A DNA stretch of 64,000 nucleotides. It comes from Auanema rhodensis (lineage: Eukaryota; Animalia; Nematoda). The notes beneath the pieces were generated by a model. That model was not told where the DNA came from, made no database searches, and saw only the letters and a list, made by a program, of their open reading frames with translations. Location: positions 5,456,001 to 5,520,000 of the forward strand of contig OZ059895.1 of the NCBI GenBank assembly GCA_964057225.1, in the 5' to 3' direction. The position numbers and the translations under genes are program-made. Position 1 is the stretch's first letter, and every line of letters begins with the position of its first letter. Shown piece by piece: positions 24,527 through 40,216 of this stretch.

Positions 24527-27500
24527 ATAAATATAAAATAACGCAAAACTAGTACCACGTAAGCCAATTTCAAAAGCTGAAATTTACTCTGGCCAACAGC
24601 GACGAAACTATGATTTGAATTTAAACCGCGCGAAAACTTGGTATACGGTAATGTTGGGGCGCTACTTCTCAAATTTTACTCGAAGAAATGCTATGGAACT
24701 GCTATGAATGGAACAACTTGCATGATTATTATGACGTCAAATATGACTCACTTGGATTTATAACAGACACATAACAAAAAAGTGAAACGGATTGAAATAT
24801 TTCTTCGTTCAATTTCGTTTAGAGTGTGCAAGAGAAAAGAAAAATTTTATATTTGTAACTTAGATGTTTTCTTGCTTTCGACCAAACGAAAATAATAATA
24901 TACTGAAATAAATTTGACTTGAAAACTCCTATAAAATGTAGGATGGGAACAACGAAATTAAATTGCAATAGTTATTGTCCCTGTTAAACATGAATAAATA
25001 ATAGATATTATAGCTATATTAATTACTTCATAATAAAAGGGCCATAGAAAAGAAAATATAACAATGTATGACTATTATCAACAATAATATCAAAATAAAT
25101 AAAAAGTACGATGATTATGTGATGGTAGGAAGTTGAAACAATACTTAATAAGTTCAATGTTAATTACTGTATAATACAAAATAGAACCAGTTCTCACAAC
25201 ATCAGTGCGAAAATGAAAATGAAAATGAACTGCGGTGTCGCTATTTTTCAAATTTATGTCCACAAAAATTAGAATATTGATTGATTTCAGACAAATCTTT
25301 TGGGCATAAGAACTGTTTTCAATTGACAATAACAATCAAGATTATAGTTCATTTAAATGAAAATTATTAATTGAATTATTAATAAATATATTTATATTTA
25401 ACTATATTAATATTATATACATAATATGTATATATATATATAATTAAAATATTATGAAGAAATACATATATTGATAAGAAATATATTATTGATAGTTTTC
25501 ATCCTTTAATTTTGAATATAAGTAGGAAGCATCATTATTCTTTTATTAGCTTAATTTCGAAATATTTACAAAAGAGTTACAACAAAATCTACAATTATTG
25601 GAAAATAAAGATTGTGTACAGATTGATGACTAATATTATTTCAATTATTATTTTAGTTTAAAAGGTTTGTCATCATCTGCTAAAGAATGAACAAAAACTT
25701 GAAGTTTTTCGAGTAGCATTAATATCTATTTGCTAAAAGAAGCACTGAATGACTGATTTTTCGATAATAATCACAGTATTTAATATTTCTAATAATTCTA
25801 CTAGTTCTTGAAAATATAGAATCATTCTCACATCATCTTGCCTTTGCTCACACTTTTTTTGGTTTTCTCATCTTTTTATTCTATTTTTCATTAACATAGC
25901 TACACAAGCTTTTCCTGTTTGTCTTAATATATTCTTTATTTCTATATTCTTTCCTTCTTTTGATATACTTTCAGTTTTATCATCTCCTAATCTTCTTTTT
26001 TCACTCTAGCTCAACTTACTTCACTCTGGTTTCCATCACCACCCACTTGACAGTTCATTCTTTCTTTTCTAAATAGTTCACTTATTTGCTATGATTCGAG
26101 ACGTTCTTCTCAGAAGTTTCTTAGAAAATCCTTTCAGATCCATACGGTGTCCATTTCCTCTCACACGCTAGCTATGTAAATGTTCTTATTTAGATTAGCA
26201 ATATCGTCTGACTAACTATAAAATTAACTAAAATATTTTATACAAAAATACTTATATTGTTTAAAACTAAAACATTTACTCGGTACGCGATTAACGAGCA
26301 GTTTAGCCGTTTGTTATACACTAAAAATATTTCTGAAAACGTTATAAGTTTTGAAGTATTTCATTTGAGAAAAGAAAAAGATTTCTTTTTATATTAGTTC
26401 AAACTTCTTATTTAAAAATGCTTAGCTTCTCTTCTGCAAAGCTTACTGATCAAATAACTTAAAGACTGTATCCATTTCACACAAAATGTGTTGTTGTTGA
26501 AGACAAGCGAACAGAATTATCTATCCTACTAATCCTATTTAATTCTTTTTTTGTCTTTTCTCTATTTTATTTTTGAATAAAAAGCATAATATTCTCCTCT
26601 TATAATACATCTTATTTTATTTTACCTTGTTTTCAATTAAGCTTTTAAGTTCTTATTCAACTTGTTTTCAAAACTAATTGCTTATTTAACCGTAATAATA
26701 TACATAATATGAATTAATTATACGATAAAATCAATCAGCTGACTTTTGAGCACAAACATCACAAAACTAGATAAATTAATCCTCTTCAAGCTTTAAGCAA
26801 ATTATCGTTCGGTGTTTCACATTGATGGCCGGTGTACAGCTTGTCCGAAAGTGTGAAGATTTAGAAATAAAGAAAACGTTTTATTTCCTTTCTGAGTTTT
26901 ATCACATAGCTTCTTTCTCTCTAGTTCTGAACGAGTACATTGTTTCATTGACTAATGAGCTGCAGAAGAAATAGAAGAATCAAAATGAACAACAGCCATT
27001 TGACAGCCACTTTTCAAACACTGACCAAGGGGAAGAAAAAGATTCTTTTCTTCTAATTTTTGTTCTTAAGCCTCATTTTGATGTTTAATGTGTTCGTTGC
27101 TCATTTCGTACTAGAAATCAGTATAAAACCAGTAATAGATCTTGAACAGACAAATCTTGTCTATTTCTGTTTCCCTTCTTCTCATGTCTCATCTCTGGCA
27201 TCATTTTCTCGGATTTTCAATTCAAATTTCTTTTTTTCTCCTAATTCTTTTACTCTTTTTCTCTTAAAATTCAATTGGGCTTTCATTAATTATTTATTCG
27301 AAGCCGATTGTGTTTTCGGCTTCATCTCCTCCACCCTCCCGTCTCACTATCCATTCTCTTCAGAGGTTCAACTATAAAGACTTATTTGAATCAATTTTGA
27401 CCCCTCTTCACCTTAAATACAAAACAAAAAAAAAAACTTGTGCTAGTGTTCTGACGTCAGGGTCTTCAGATGCTCTTGGGTGTGTTGTTAATACATTACC

Positions 27501-29528
27501 GACCAACAGCAGCTAATTGGTCATTCAGCAACTACCAATTTTCTTCTTTTCCAACTCAATTTTTCCATTTTCTTTAAGAAAAAAGATTTTCTTTGTCTTC
27601 AAGTCGATATTTCAATTTGCAAATAGCTATGAATCATGTAAATATGTACTTACATATCTATTTCATTCTGTATATTTCTTCAAAAATGTATAATAAAGGA
27701 TATGAAAACAACATTTTTTTCCTATTGTCTACTAATACGGTAAAAAGAATTTTGTTTTCTTTTATGAAAATTTAAAAAAAACACCGAAACGTCTGTTAGC
27801 GCATTGGTAACATTCGAGAAAGCCATGAAAGTGAGGAGAAAGAGAAACTCCTTGTTTGCTTACTTATACTTATTGATGCTTATGACTTTTTCTTTTTTGT
27901 TCAACCAAAGTATTTCAATTATTTATCTGATGAGACTAGTTATTCATAATAAAAATAGAAAAACAGTTGACATCTCTTTAATCATATTTTGTTGAAACAC
28001 ACATATCATATTCTATTTTTAGTTTTTTTTTTTTGGTCTCATGTCATAAGCATTGCTTCTAAAATTAAATTTAGTATATAATGTGTATATATCTATACAT
28101 ATGTACATGTATATGTTAATATACTAACTATATACTATATGAATATATATAGTTTATATATATTTATATATTTATTATCCTCGTCTTTGAGGAAGTGGCT
28201 TCTTTTAAGAATTTCAATCGTGGGAATGTGAAATGACAGTATTTTTCTTTGGCCTTTGTCCATCACTAAATTCAACTAACAATCAATAGCTCTTTTTCTT
28301 CTTGATCAATTAAAATAAAATTTTATTTATATTTTATATTAAATTATATAAAAATCTTTTATTATTATCATATATATTCAGATTCTTATTGGTACATATA
28401 TAATATAATGACTTTATAATCTATATACGTAACTAATCCATTTCACAGTGGTTTCCGTCGTTACTACTTTTTACTTTTTTTTGTTTTTTTTTCTTCTAAT
28501 TTTTAAAAAAAATTATTGTTAATTCTCTGTTTCATATGTGAAACAAAGAAAACGATGTATACTCTTATTCTGTCTTCACTGCTTTTCTCTCGGAAAAAAA
28601 ATAGAAAAGATGAGTAAAATCTTTTTTACTTTTTCTATTAGTTTTTAAATAAAAAAAAATACAAATTAAATATATTTTAAAGTAAAAAATAATTTCTTTT
28701 CTTAAATCTTTGAATCAGTTTGAACTTTCTTTTTCCATTTCCATATATGTTCCATTCGTCTATGTGAACATCTTTATCCATAAAAATAGTATATAAATCA
28801 TTTCTTCTATGAGGAAAAAAGCCTTTTCAACAGCAGCTATTAAGGTTTTTCAGCTTAAAGCTGCTCAAGTTGCTTCTCTTGCTCATTCATGCGATTATAT
28901 GAAGTTTCGTATAGTCTACTTGATGTTTAATGATCAAACTATAAGATCAAATATATGTATATAGTTATGATCAGTTGATCTTAAAAATGCTCTTCCTACA
29001 ACCTTTTACGTCGTCAACTTACAGGTTATTCTCATTATTATGAATGCTATGCTTAATATTTGGATAATTTATGATTAATTATGCTAAAATATTTAAATTT
29101 TAACATGAATCCAGACATATGAATGGTTCAAAGATCATATCTTATAAGAATATTATATATTAAATGATTTTTTGAATGTATGACTCTTTGTTTTTAGATA
29201 ATTTATTTTTGAAAATACAAAATAAAAGATTTATCCTCATTATCATCTACTATCTCTTATCGAATCTCTATTTTCATTTATTTGCTTCTGTTTTTATTTA
29301 TTTTTTGTTTTTCTCATGTTTATATATGATTTCATTTAATCTTATATACTATAAATGATTTGGTTTTTTTTTCATTTTTTCTACTTTCACATCCCATTGT
29401 CATCCTTATTTCTATTCAAATATTCTTATTAATAATGTAAATGAGCAACTTCTCTATTCAGTATCCTCATACACACATACTAACTCATATTCTACGAATA
29501 GAAATAAAGAGAACTGCAAAATGAAAGT

Positions 29529-29563
<35 letters not shown>

Positions 29564-29729
29564 GTACTCATCCAATATAATATTAAGCCATACCAATGTA
29601 TGTATGTTGCAATTACTCTTCTGCTTGGATATGCTAATTAGCCAATTAATTTATAAGCCAGTCAAATCATATTTTTTACGTGTAACTAGTTTGTGAACGG
29701 TTGTGTACCATCTTCTTACCCGTAACATC

Positions 29730-29732
<3 letters not shown>

Positions 29733-29782
<50 letters not shown>
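29733..29782. repeat. (CT)n microsatellite
   Basis: Seen directly; a (GA)n run lies at 29531-29560. Confidence 0.95.
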
Positions 29783-29788
<6 letters not shown>

Positions 29789-30275
29789 GCTTTTTTCTCC
29801 ATTGGTTTATTGGTTTTCTTCAAACTCTTCCTTTTCCCTCTTTTCTTTTCTTTTTCTTTCTATTTTTTCTCATTCTAAATCCTTTTATCGTCTAAATTTT
29901 CTATATTTATCTGATATTAATCCATCTTTAATATAATCTTTTTTATTCGGATACAAAGTGTATTATACATTATATATAGTTTATAACACGTATATTATGC
30001 CTTTTTAATTTTACTATATATGTATATATTGATAATAAATAGATATACATATGTTAAGATTAATCAGTTTTTATCATATAGATTTCATATTAATATTTTT
30101 TTTCATTTATTATTTATCAAGTGCTTCTCCTTCTTCTTCTTCTTTCTTCTTCTTTTTATTTTCCACTTCTGATTCTGGAATATCTATACAAGAAGCCGGC
30201 AAACCTGCCAGTTCTATAGATGTCTATTCATCTATTTATGTATAATACATAAAACATGTACATATCTCTCACTAC

Positions 30276-30306
<31 letters not shown>

Positions 30307-30678
30307 ATCTAACTATCTATCTATATATATTTTTTATTATTTTAAATGAAAAAAAAGCTTAAGTGCTTGTTATTCCTTTCGATTATCTCTAATCATCATC
30401 GTTTTCATCATATAGTCACTTTTCTCTCATTTGGACCAAAATGAGCACAAACAAGATGCTGGTTTTGTCAATCATTTCATATGCGTGCACTTTCTTTTTC
30501 ATTTTTTTTGCATTTTCTTTAATTATATAAAAACAATATATTTAGTTATCTATTATCATACTAAACTCATTAAATTTTCTTTATTATATTCTTTTTTGTT
30601 TGTTTGTTACGTTGTATGGAATATTAATAACAAACAACTCAACCATGTTATATTACTATACTATATTTCGTATATGAA

Positions 30679-31800
30679 TTAGTTTTCTATTTCTAAATTT
30701 ATCATCATTTTGCTACTGATGTCTATTCCCTCACAGCTAGCTTCTGACGAATTGTCATGTCAATGTTCATAAAGCGTAAGTTCTAGCTGACTGAATGATT
30801 CAAAATGGCTGAGCATTTGCTGGTTATCTACGTTAGTCTTATTCCATCCCATCGTATGATGATATCCAAATGAATTATTGCTGTACGGAGGTTGTTGAAA
30901 TTCATTAGGCTTAGTAGCATTAGATGTCTTTTCCGTTTTTGCATCATCTTTATCAGCATACTTATGAATATTATCATTTTCGTTATTAACATGCTAAGAA
31001 CCATCATCCAAGAGTACGCATCCTCATTATTCGTTTAGCCAGATTCAGGACAAACACAACAATTCCGGTCCAGTTGTTCTGCAACTACGACCATTTGTGT
31101 TCTGTTCCATCGTGTATGCAACTAACTCATCTCTTTGACTGTTCAAACTGCAGTGGCTAGTCTTGCTGTACAACAGGCGTTGAAGCATGCCGAGTTTTCA
31201 GATTAGAACCTGAAAATGCTGTGAAGCACATGATGTGATGCCATTATAGCTACATCCAATACTGAGTACTCTCTGTGTTCTGTGATGTACTTCCATGTAT
31301 ACATATACATACATGTCTCTTAAAAGCAAGCAAGCATGGAAAACCTGGTTGTATGCACATCAAAGTTGACAACAGGAAGTGCTTAACATCACAAAAACTT
31401 GATGAAATGATGCATCCATTGAGGAAGATACATAAAATATCATGGGAATTGCTTTATCTCGATCAGAAGATCATCTCAGCCATCTATTTTCAAGACAAGT
31501 CTTCGTTACGGAAAATTACTGATGTCGATGTCTCCATCTCGTTTGATCAATGCTTCATCAGTCGTTGGTGATTCAAAATCGTTAAGGGCCTTCTGGACTT
31601 GTTTACCCTCCTGCATGTCCTATTCAGCAAGTCCTTGGAAACAGCCCGGAATTGTCAACGATTGTGTTTACGACCTTCGACCAGTGCTCCGCTTATGCTC
31701 TTCCTTGAAAATCAGCTGTAGGCACTTATTGTCCGCAAATAGGTTGAAGCTTCTACCTGTTATTCCTATTCAGCTCTGATTTTTCTTGTATTTTTCATCA
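30679..31800 (-). pseudogene. Possible decayed intronless ORF or TE/viral fossil
   Basis: A ~1.1 kb island of higher GC; long protein-like segments (DMQEGKQVQKALNDFESPTTDEALIKRDG.., HVNNENDNIHKYADKDDAK..) broken by stops and at least one frameshift. Confidence 0.3.
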
Positions 31801-32645
31801 TCCATCTATAAACCTAGAACGGTTTCACCATACTTCATTGAATTCATTTGTTTCTTAGTGATCTAACGTCATTACTTTCAACCATTATCAGTCAATTTAA
31901 CGTAAATCGTTAACAGTCCATCCCTTTCACTGATGATTTCTACACAAAACACTTCTATTTCCTATCATTTATCATAAACATGTGTATATTTCAATGTATA
32001 TAGTGTATTCTCGATGAGCAAACTTTCCAATCTCAAGTTTCAGTAATGATTTCTGGATTTCATCAAGCTCATCGTATTGCTTATGCTCTTGTCATATGTT
32101 CTATAAGCTTGTCTATCTACTAAGCTCAACTTACTTTCGATTATTCTTTGTATTCAACCACTTCACATCTCACACAGTTTTTCTTCTCAGAACGGAAAAA
32201 TGGACAAATCTTATTTGAAATGTTTGAATTGAGGAAACAATATAAGATCGAAAAACAGAAAAGCATGGCTCTCTCATAACAACTTCCATTATTTTAAAAT
32301 TTTTATTATTTTTTTTGTTATTTTTTAATTTTTATGCGAAAATAATATTTTGGCCCAATTGATCAGTAATATTTAATATCAAGGACTTTACAAATCAGAC
32401 ATTATGACGTCATTTCCGGTGATCAAACATTATCAATCTTTTTTCGTATTTTAATAATTTTAATTTTATCTTATATTATTTGAATTTTATTCAAAATATA
32501 TCAATTATCAAAGTATTTTTATATATTTAATATAATATTTATATTGTTTGATTTTTTGAGATTAAAGTTTGTGAGCTTAACTTCTATTTACAAAATTTTT
32601 CATTTAATATTCTCGTACATGAATATCACTATATCATCTTATTTC

Positions 32646-32647
<2 letters not shown>

Positions 32648-32694
<47 letters not shown>

Positions 32695-32731
32695 TCTCTC
32701 TGTTTCCGTAGCTCCCTCTCTCTCTCTCTCT
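32648..32731. repeat. (CT)n microsatellites
   Basis: Seen directly. Confidence 0.95.
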
Positions 32732-35592
32732 TTCGTTCTCCCACTCATTCTCGCTTCTTTTTTTTCCGTTTCCTCACTGTTCTCACATCTGTTTCTTCTC
32801 GGAATTCAATGTGGGTTTCATTGCATTTTCCATATTCCACTGTTTGTTATCTTCTTACGTACACATTCCCAGAGAAAGACAGGCCAAACAACCATAGAAC
32901 ACAGTTATCGTCAATCTGTTTCCATCATCATCATCATCACTACTTTCGAAAAAGATTGTGTGTTAACAAATAAATAGTATTAATCTATATGAGAGATTTA
33001 GATAGCTAGAGATGTGAAGAAGGTAGAAATTGAATTTATCGTACACACCATACTTGGCATCAAAAAACTTGTTTGAATACTGTTTGCTTAAGATATCAAT
33101 GAAAAAATTGTCTTCTTCTACAATCACTTCGATAGAAAAAAAAAGTTTTTTTTTTCACATACTTAAATCACTAAGGTTTTTCTGGAAAACGTGCTACTTT
33201 CTTGCTCTCTCTCTCTCTCTCTCTCTCTTTTATATTCATCATCATCTTTTTTGATTACAATGAGATAGATAAATGTATAATCGGATAATTATTCTTCTAA
33301 AGCTTTTCACTTTTTCTTGATCCTCATTTCGTTTCACCTTGTGTTCTCTTTTAATTGTTCACTGAATAGCTATTGCCATCTAGTATCCAGATAATCCAAA
33401 AGGAATTCAGCTGGTTTTACCTGAAATTATATTTCTGCAAAGCCGTCCAGAAAGTTCTTTTCAATTTCCCTTTTCAATATTATCGTTCGGGAGTCTGTTT
33501 TCATGTTTATTTAGTTAAAATCTTCGTGTATTCATCTGAGTTACATGTCAGCGGTTTTACGCTTGATCATCATGAGTGATTTCATCCGCATTGACCTGCT
33601 TCAGAAGGTTGACGTTGACTTTGTCACCCTGTATCGTCAATCACTTACCAATCGTACATCAGTACTTTCCCTTCGAGACGCGTGAGCAATCACTACTGAA
33701 GCGACCACGAAGTAGCTATATATAGAGAAAACAGACGCAGATACGCAGCTACACGTAGATGAACAGAGAAAGTTTGAAACGAGGGAGGTGAACAACAACA
33801 ACACTACCCTGGTGTCATACCTGCTCTCTTAGCTCACGATTTCATCGAAGTCAATCAAAGCAGTGAGCTAGTTCAAGGTGAACGAGCTGCTTATTCTTCT
33901 TTTTTACCTAGATTGATGTACATATTTCTATGTATGTACACCTTATCCCCTCTCTCTCTCTCTCTCTCTCTCGTTTTTCATTATTTTGTGAAATATTTTT
34001 CTTGAAATATAACTTAACAATGACTTAGGTTCTATTGTGTCTTTTCATTTTCTCTCTGAGCTTTTCTTCTTGCCGTAATCAAATCACACCCTAGACCGCA
34101 TCAAGATGTTGGAGAACGATTAGGAAATGAGAGACTATTGTGCAAAAACTTTGTTTCAGCCACGTTGTGTCTCGTATCTATACTTTGTTTTTTCCTTCTT
34201 TTCTTAATTATATTATATAGTTAGTTAGTATATGATATATATTTGAATTATTATACTTATAATTATCTTTTACCTTCTCTATTTCATATTTTTTTTGTAT
34301 TTCTCTTTGTTCAAATACAAAATAAAAGTTGCTTTTTCGTCATTATATACCACCACTTCCGTCTTCAAGCCATTAAGCCCAATGTAGTAGTTGAAACACA
34401 CGTGCGGGAATGCTTATACGTTTCTTAGAATTTAGCCATAGTTATAGTTAAGAAAGAAACAGAGAGAGAGAGAGAGAGCGTGAGAGAAAGAGGAGGAAAG
34501 AGGGAGAGCTAATTGCTTTCACTGCCGTTACGGCATTTTGCTTCGTCTTCATCTCATTACCACAGTTTTGTCGCGTCAAGATGCTGATGACAACGCAACT
34601 TGGTTGTTTCCTCGTGTCATTCTCGGACGTCAGCAGCATTTTCAGAGTCAATTTAGTCGTCCTGCGTTATCTTTTCCCTTCCTTCAGGATCAAAAGCATG
34701 CGAATGTCCAGTCTGCGCCTCTTTTCATTATTATTCTCAACATATCCTCATCATAACTCGCCTTTTTCATTTCCAAGTTATTATACGAACGGAACGGCAT
34801 TGTCGTGTTCCGTATCCGTTTCCGTAATATCTATCTATATTGAATCAAAAATATTTTGTTTTGTCGATATCAATCCATTTGTTTTTCATTTTTTTCAAAA
34901 TTTCTACTTTTAATTTCTTAGATATATAGAATATCTTTAAAATATTTTTGAAAAGAAAGGAAAAACATTATGCTTCTTAAACTACTTGACATATTTTTCA
35001 TTTTGTTTTATATGAAAAAGATTGAAATATCGATATAACATACATTTTGATAATCAAAAATATGAATTAAACAATCTGTTTCTTGTCGTACAACTTCATA
35101 GAATCATGCTTCTTCGTCGTCTTTGTTATTGTCTCCAGGGGACTGGTAAAGACGAATACTATGCTGAGCATGTACACTGAGCTTTATCTCAGATCACGTC
35201 CGTTGTCCTCTCCGATCTTGTCAGTTTTCAGAAATAATAGTCAGAGAAGAGCACTAAGAGAGAAAAAAAGACGAAAAGAATAGCGAGAATGAAAGCTAAA
35301 GTAGAAGTAGATGACGAGAGTAGTTGATGAGATTGATATGAAAAGCCGCCGCCAGAAATGAACTCGCCGAAGCCCATAGAACAGATATAACATTCGTTTT
35401 TTGTGTAATAAGATGAGAAAATTGAGCTGAAACATATAGTTAAAAATAAAAAATGAAGAAAAATTAAATGAATTTGAAAGAATGAGGAAAAGGGGCTTCA
35501 TTTTGATGGAAATGTATGTAAGAATGTTTTGTTCGTTAAAAGCCTAAGAACAACATGATAGAGATATTCCAATTGTCTAATAGGTAAAGGTG

Positions 35593-35720
<128 letters not shown>

Positions 35721-38700
35721 CAAAGAGATTCTGATCAAATGATCGAATACTTGAGCATCAGAGTTCTTAGACGTTTTAAGTGACAGACCTAAGATTATAA
35801 CTGATTGTCCTCTGCCATCTCAACTTTCAACCTTGTCTCTGATGAACTTTCATCCGTTTTATTCTCATCTGCTTATCCTTTCTCTCCATTCTTTTTAAAT
35901 TTTTATGTCTTAATCATCGTTCTGCCTTCAACTAAGATGCAATATCATCTGTTTTTCGCCACACCTCCCACACCTCAATCGACATCTTCACGTCTTAAAG
36001 CTTAACATTCCTCTGATTTTTTATTTTTTTTGGATAATAAGTATAAATTAATTATTTCAAATAATATTTAGAAGTTGAATAAAATTTTCCCTTTTATTTA
36101 ATTCAAATGATCTTTTGATTGTGTGTCATATTATCATTTCTATTTTCTCTGTCTCATGATTTCACGTCTTTCACATATTTTTTTGTTTTCACGACATTAA
36201 AAAATACGAAGATTCTGTAATATCTGTGCCATGTGCAGGTTGATTTATTATTTTGAAATGAAATTCTTACAAATATACTTTGAGGATGTTTGCTTTCTAC
36301 TTTTTTTGTTTTAAAAACTCTTTTTCTTTCACACTTTATCGTTACTTTTACTTAGTTGCTTGTTTCTTTCCCTTTCTCTCTCTATTCTCTCTCTCTCTCT
36401 ATTAATCTTTTTGTACAAACTATTCATTATATTCAACATTTTTCTTCTAAAGAAAGTAACTTTCTAACACACAACAAGTCGAATGACAACGACACGCACG
36501 AGCGACTCCCGCCGAGTTGAAGGAACGTAAGAACGGAACGGCCGGACAAAATGACAAAACACAACAACCCAAGATGGAATGGATTGTAAAGATAAAGATG
36601 ATGATGTGTCGACGACACAACGATCATGGTTTGAACCCTGATGAAATTAGTAGAAAGCAGTTCTCCTATTTGCCGTTCACATCATCTGAGCATTATCCCT
36701 GACTATGTCTTGTTAGCTTGTATCTTTTCTTGAAACCAAAGAAAAATGACGAAAAAGATGACACCATATACATCTTACAAAATCCTTTTTCTTTTAATTT
36801 TTCTTTTTTTTATAATTTTTATAAATATCATGATCATGAACCCACAAATAATATTTTATTTCAAAATGAAATTTCTTTTACTTATAATCTTTACCGTATA
36901 TGATGCTATATGAACTAAACTTCATCGTTATATACTATAAACATCAGTTTTTTTCTTTTTTTTTGTTAAAAACTCGAGATATTACTCATATCTTAATACA
37001 CATATCAAAAATGATAATATGATTATCTATAATCTTAACAACATTTTGATTTAAATTAATTTTTTATAAGATTTTATAAAATATTTTATAATATTTTATA
37101 TTTTTTATAATAAAGAATATTTAATTTATATTTTAACTCAGATAGTTGTTGATGATTCTTTTTTTATTTTTTCACTGTTGTAAAGCTTGTTGCTTCTTAT
37201 TGCCAAAACATTTAAAGACGGCAGGTAGCAGGATGTACATGCTTAGACAACGATGGGTGAAAAGAGAAACAGATGATGGAGAAGAGGATATCATCAGTCT
37301 GTTGTCCTCAAAGTTATCTTGTTTTCCGAGTCTTTTTTCTTAAAAAAAAATGAATGTGTATACATATATACTATATATATGTGTGTCTGTGTCTGTGTCT
37401 GTGTGTCATCTCGTTTAGTTGTTGCTTGTTGTTGTTGATTTATATCATTTTCTTTTGTCTTTGAGTCCATTAATCGTACTTTAATTTCTTTTTCAAAACA
37501 TTCTTTTTTTTTTTAACTTTTTCTTATTATTTATATAATTTAATAAGATTATAATTTTTATATTTTCTAACTAAATTCTTTTAATCTTAAGAAAAATCAA
37601 ATATTTTGTCAACTTTTTATTTTATCTTTTACATAGGTTAATGTACTATTTTTGAACCTAAAAAGAAAGATTAAATATCAAGATCTTTTCTTATTCCTTA
37701 ACTGATCATTTGCTCTTTTTTTTTATTTTATTTTCTTTATTATTGAAAAAAAATAGTTTTTCATATATTATTTTCTAAAATTGAAAATTTTTCGTAAATT
37801 TTCTATGATATATGATAGTTTTATCTTCATTTTTTATTCTTTTCCTATTCTTTTTTTAAACTTTCTTCTATGGAACATCAATAATATTTTATATGTTATT
37901 CATCCAAAGACTATAAACATCTTCAGAACATGATGTTCCTCTGTGTATGTTTCATCTCTCACTTATGATCAATCAGATTCAACTACAAATCATTCAGAGA
38001 AGCTTTTTCTTTTTAAACCAATGTCTGTTCAAATCTTACAACTTAGTTAAAGAAACTTAACTTATCCGATCACATGATGATGATAGTTAATCATCTGATT
38101 TTCTCCAACTCTTTCTCCAACTTTTTTTTCCAAATAAAACTTTTAAATTCATTTTAGCTATTTAAACTTAATCATATTATGTTTATTTTTTTCATGTCAA
38201 GCATTAAATGAAAAACTACATCAAAGACAACGTAATGTTAAAATTGAAAGATTATTGTCTCAGCAATTGGAAAATCGTCAACAAGTTCAACTTGGAGAAA
38301 ACCTGTAAGAACCTGACCCGTGCTGTGTTTCTTGCAATTCAACACATTCAGTTTTTAGTCTGTGTCAAGCCATAACGTCTGCCCTTCTCATACATCGTCT
38401 TTGTGCTCCACCTACACCACTCTCCTCCGCTCCTCCCACCCTCTCTCTCTCCCTTCTTTCTGTATCCCTCTATTCGTTTTCTCTTTTATCATTACAAAAA
38501 CATTTCGAATAATTTCTTATATGATTTTCATGACTTTTCAAAATTTATGACGATGAATAACGTTTTTCTTCTAAGAAGAATGTTAAGAAAATTAATTTTT
38601 TGGGATCACTTTCCCAGGAACTAATTTTCTTCATTGACGTCTATTCGATGACTTACTCTCATATCTCATTATCATTCTATTCAAATCAAAAAGTTTTTCT

Positions 38701-40023
38701 TCTTAACTATATGCATATACTTAAGTATTAAATTATATCTAAACAGATGCCATAGTAGGTAAAACTCTCTCTTTGACGTTTTCTTTTCTCCTCTTCTTTC
38801 CATCCCTTTATATCTTTCTCTTTTCTATCTCTCAACTCTCTTTCTCTCTATCTCTCTCTCTTTCTCCCCTTTGATTTATATCTTTTACTTATTTTTGATT
38901 TCCAAACAATTTCACGATGCACATGTGATAGAGTAACGACCAACATGATCGACACGTGACTAGACAGTACGGTTTCATCGAATTAGTGTTATTGGTGAAA
39001 CATATTCAGATGGCGTATAGACTAAACGTCTTTCAGTAAGAACTTTCCTCCTTGTTGACAATTTGAAACTCCCCCCTCTCTCTCTTCCTTTTCTCTCTCT
39101 TCCTTCTCTCTCTATCTCTCAACTCTCTCTCTCTTACTCATCTCTACCTACTCATTCTCCCATTTAGATTGTGTCCTTACATACTATAGATTTCAATTGA
39201 AGCCTTATAGCCTAATGTTCCAACTTTTTCAAGTTTCAAGAACTTGAGATTTGTAAAACGTTACCAGACAATTATAGGTATTGAACCCAGTTTTCCTGTC
39301 ATACTAACTTGTTTCCTCTCGCTAAACCTTTTTTTACTAAAAAAAGAAAAATATTGGACGTCGAAAATCGTTGGCAAAACTAGACTTTAAATCGTTTGTG
39401 ACTAATCGTTTACCTACTTGAAACATATATACATCTGAAGTTTTTTCTGCTTTTCCTCTCTCCCTCCCCCTCTCTCTCTCTATCTATCTATTCTTCAAAC
39501 AAACTCTAAATTTAATTTTATCAACAAATTATAAACAACCTGAAACTCTGCAAGTATGGCACTCGGCACTTGTTGACTTCATCCATTTTCAACCATATCA
39601 TATGGTTATATGTTTAATTAAATATAAATATTGATATCTTCATATGTTTCGAAACCAATTATTTACTTTTCTTTTCAAAAAAAAATTCTTTTAGACTCTT
39701 CTTACCTGTTTTTTCAGACGCCGTCACTCTTGTCTATAACGTCAACTTAATTCTCATACTCATTGTCGTCGTTACTTCTGTTCATCTTATTTTTATATTT
39801 CTTAAGGAATCTTTCTCCTTATTCTATCAATCTATCTGAAAGTACAAATGTACTTTTGAATAAACGTTTGTTTTACCTTACATCTCTCTTACTCTTACTT
39901 ATCCCTTTCAAACTTTTATTTTATCAACTTGGCGCCTTGTTACTACTTTGTCATTTCTCTATATATTACATTCATTGATTATATATATTCCTTTACTATT
40001 CCTATGATTAAAATATTTTAATA

Positions 40024-40059
<36 letters not shown>

Positions 40060-40137
40060 TGTCTATCTCTCTCTCTCTTTCTCTCTCTGTCTATCTCTCT
40101 CTCTCTTTCTCTCTCTGTCTATTTCTCTCTCTCTTTC
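40024..40137. repeat. Compound (CT)n repeat with a ~28-30 bp higher-order unit, just upstream of the DUSP acceptor
   Basis: Three CTGTCTAT-anchored units, each followed by a CT run. Confidence 0.85.
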
Positions 40138-40216
40138 CCTGTTTTACATTTAACTCTCAGAGTTCTTTCTTTGTTTCTTTGCTAATCGTTATATATTGTT
40201 TTGCAGCAGAATAACA

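Noticed and set aside
33830-33870. TAGCTCAC/GTGAGCTA 8-bp inverted repeat
   Set aside because: Too short and poorly paired inside to call an ncRNA.
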